64,000 bases of DNA, from the NCBI GenBank assembly GCA_964569415.1, contig CAZMUK010000001.1, positions 16,481-80,480 of the forward strand, in the 5' to 3' direction. Positions 62,054 through 64,000 of the stretch are shown in pieces. Origin of the DNA: an uncultured Luteolibacter sp. GTDB lineage: Bacteria > Verrucomicrobiota > Verrucomicrobiia > Verrucomicrobiales > Akkermansiaceae. The notes under the pieces were generated by a model. It searched no databases and was not told where the DNA came from. It saw nothing but the letters and a program-made list of their open reading frames with translations. The translations under genes and the position numbers were made by a program. Numbering within the stretch: position 1 is the stretch's first letter; every line of letters starts with the position of its first letter.

Positions 62054-63204
62054 TGGATTTGTTCACCGTGCATTGTCACCATTGCCATGCCGCAAGCGCG
62101 GCCGCAGGAGTTTCCGCCATTGAGGGAGGCGTGACTTCGGATTGTCGGCCTTGGAACGGCACGGTCCGCATCGCGGTCTGTCCCGCATGTGCGGCAGTCC
62201 AGGCGCCAATTGATGACGGATGGAGGCGCGGGGTCGATGCGATCTATCGTGAATACGACACCTACGCCGCGGCGGGTGGCGAGGAGCAGAAGGTAATCGG
62301 AGATGATGGTTCCGAGGTCCGCGCGAGATCACGCGTGATCATCGAATGGTTGGGCAAGCTCGGCCTGTTGAGGGACAGGGGTGCGGTGTTGGATGTCGGT
62401 TGCGGCCGCGGGGCGTTTCTTGGCGAGTTTTCCGCGGGTTTTCCGGGATGGGATCTCGGAGGAACCGAGTTCGACGATCGAAACCTCGGGATCCTGTCGG
62501 GGCTTCCGTCATTCACAGGGCTGCAGACCGCGGCTTTCGGTGATCTGGCCGGGGAGTTCGATTTGATTTCGATGATCCATGTTCTTGAACACATCGAGGA
62601 TCCTGTTGCCTGTTTGTCTGCCTTGCGCCGACGGACGCGGGAGGGCGCTCTTGTTTTGGTGCAGGTGCCGGACTGGTTGGAGAACCCGTTTGCTTTGACC
62701 ATCGCGGATCACGCTACCCATTTCACTGCGGACGCGCTGCAGCGGGTCGCACGGCGGGCCGGATGGGAGCCGGTTTGCGAACCGCTTCATGTGGTTCCCA
62801 AGGAACTGACCTTGCTGGCGAGGGCGGTCGATGTCTTGGCTCCGCAGGAAGGCATTGCTCCCGCGGATGTTGAAGCCTTGCTGGCAGGTCGGATTCACTG
62901 GTTGGAGGGAGTGCGCCGCAAAGCGAGGAAATTGCGGGAAGATTCCGGGAGTTTCGGGATCTTCGGCACCGCGGTGGCTGCGACTTGGTTGGTGTCGAGC
63001 GGCGGGCTGGAGGCGGATTTTCTTGTCGACGAGGATCCGAGCCGGATCGGAAGCACCCATCTCGGAATACCGATCCTCGCTCCATCAGATGTTCCGGAAG
63101 GATCAGATGTCTTCATCGGTCTTGCGCCGGCGGTATCCCGGCGGCTAGCCGGAAAGTTCTCCGGATGTTCTTCCCGATATCATCCGGTCGGAGAAATGGC
63201 TTGA
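62053..63204 (+). CDS. Class I SAM-dependent methyltransferase with an N-terminal Zn-ribbon
   Basis: CHHC...CPAC, VLDVGCGRG, FDLISMIHVLEH, C-terminal GIFGTAVAA..LVDED...THLGIP. Confidence 0.85.
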   Translation: MDLFTVHCHHCHAASAAAGVSAIEGGVTSDCRPWNGTVRIAVCPACAAVQAPIDDGWRRGVDAIYREYDTYAAAGGEEQKVIGDDGSEVRARSRVIIEWLGKLGLLRDRGAVLDVGCGRGAFLGEFSAGFPGWDLGGTEFDDRNLGILSGLPSFTGLQTAAFGDLAGEFDLISMIHVLEHIEDPVACLSALRRRTREGALVLVQVPDWLENPFALTIADHATHFTADALQRVARRAGWEPVCEPLHVVPKELTLLARAVDVLAPQEGIAPADVEALLAGRIHWLEGVRRKARKLREDSGSFGIFGTAVAATWLVSSGGLEADFLVDEDPSRIGSTHLGIPILAPSDVPEGSDVFIGLAPAVSRRLAGKFSGCSSRYHPVGEMA

Positions 63205-63206
63205 TC

Positions 63207-64000
63207 GTGACTCTCATCGTCGGTGCGGATGGTTTGATTGGCAGGGCCTTGCTCCGCCTTTTGTGTGACGCGGGGGAGGAGGTGGTCGGCACGAGCCGCA
63301 GGCCGGGGAGCGGTTTGGTGGAGTTGGATTTGCGGGAGCCTGATTGCTTTTCCGTTCAGCCCGGAATTCACACGGCGGTGCTCTGTGCGGGGATCGGGTC
63401 CTTGGCCGAGTGCGCCTCGGCCCCCCTTGCCACCGCAGCGGTGAATGTGGACGGGACGGTGAGGCTTGCGAGGTCGCTTGCGGATGCGGGCGTGAATGTG
63501 GTGCTTCTTTCGACCAATTTGGTTTTCGATGGTGCGACGGCGTTTCCGACACCGGGTGATCCAGTGAGTCCGTGCTGCGAATACGGTCGGCAAAAGGCGC
63601 GGATGGAGCGGGAGCTTCAAGGGCCTCGTTTTGCGATCCTTCGCCTGACGAAAGTGACCGAGTCTCTCGGTGGCAGGTTCCGTGCCTGGCGGGATACGCT
63701 GCTTGGCGGGGGCGACATCCATGCCTCTTCCGTTCTTCGCTTTTCGCCGGTATCCCTTGCTTCCGTTTGCTCGGTGCTGGCCGCGTTGTCGCGTCGCTTC
63801 GAGCCCGGTGTGTTCCAACTCTCCGGCGAGCGGGATGTTTCGTACTTCGAAGCGGCGTTGGAGTGGGCTTCTTTTCTCGGTGTCCCGGCGCGACAGGTCA
63901 GGCCCGATGTCGATGCCGCAACTGCGCTTCTGGATCCTATGCCGAGGCATGGCACGCTGGCCCTTGCCTTGCCCGCCGCGTGTCCGGCTCGCAACTTCGC
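63207..64000 (+). CDS. RmlD-like NDP-4-keto-6-deoxyhexose reductase (partial, runs off the window)
   Basis: Manual translation from GTG 63207: TLIVGADGLIG, AVLCAG, VNVDGT, LSTNLVFDG, YGRQK. No stop seen before 64000; absent from the ORF track because it is unterminated. Confidence 0.82.
   Translation, partial: MTLIVGADGLIGRALLRLLCDAGEEVVGTSRRPGSGLVELDLREPDCFSVQPGIHTAVLCAGIGSLAECASAPLATAAVNVDGTVRLARSLADAGVNVVLLSTNLVFDGATAFPTPGDPVSPCCEYGRQKARMERELQGPRFAILRLTKVTESLGGRFRAWRDTLLGGGDIHASSVLRFSPVSLASVCSVLAALSRRFEPGVFQLSGERDVSYFEAALEWASFLGVPARQVRPDVDAATALLDPMPRHGTLALALPAACPARNF

Noticed and set aside
1-64000. CRISPR array, rRNA, tRNA, IS transposase, integrase
   Set aside because: No regularly spaced repeats, RNA-gene signatures or DDE/tyrosine/serine recombinase motifs were seen by eye; a dedicated scan was not run.

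Overview
High-GC bacterial DNA (gene content suggests a Verrucomicrobia-like organism; this is inference only). After three housekeeping or accessory genes (recQ, an M29 aminopeptidase and a POT peptide transporter), about 58 kb is one continuous surface-glycan megacluster that runs off the right edge. It holds an ABC-transporter-dependent capsule system: kpsC at 7-9 kb, and kpsS, a Wza/CtrA-type export lipoprotein and kpsM-kpsT-kpsE at 35-41 kb. These bracket many glycosyltransferases (including a 1462-aa multi-domain protein), at least nine methyltransferase domains, four sulfotransferase-fold proteins and a CMP-ulosonate-type cytidylyltransferase module. A second block (42-64 kb) encodes a GmhA/GmhB/HldE-like route with a dedicated split transketolase, a CDP-glucose/C-methyltransferase route, lipid-carrier-type GT2s and a kinase/HAD pair. 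The most unusual signal is two families of short repeat elements that sit exactly at gene junctions. Each occurs once as a full cassette carrying a small ORF (four-helix-bundle protein at 47.8 kb; GxxExxY/PD-(D/E)xK protein at 50.1 kb, bounded by 30-bp inverted repeats) and once as an ORF-less copy (49.1 kb; 59.1 kb). No rRNA, tRNA, CRISPR array or conventional transposase was seen. Product calls rest on motif recognition by eye, not database searches.
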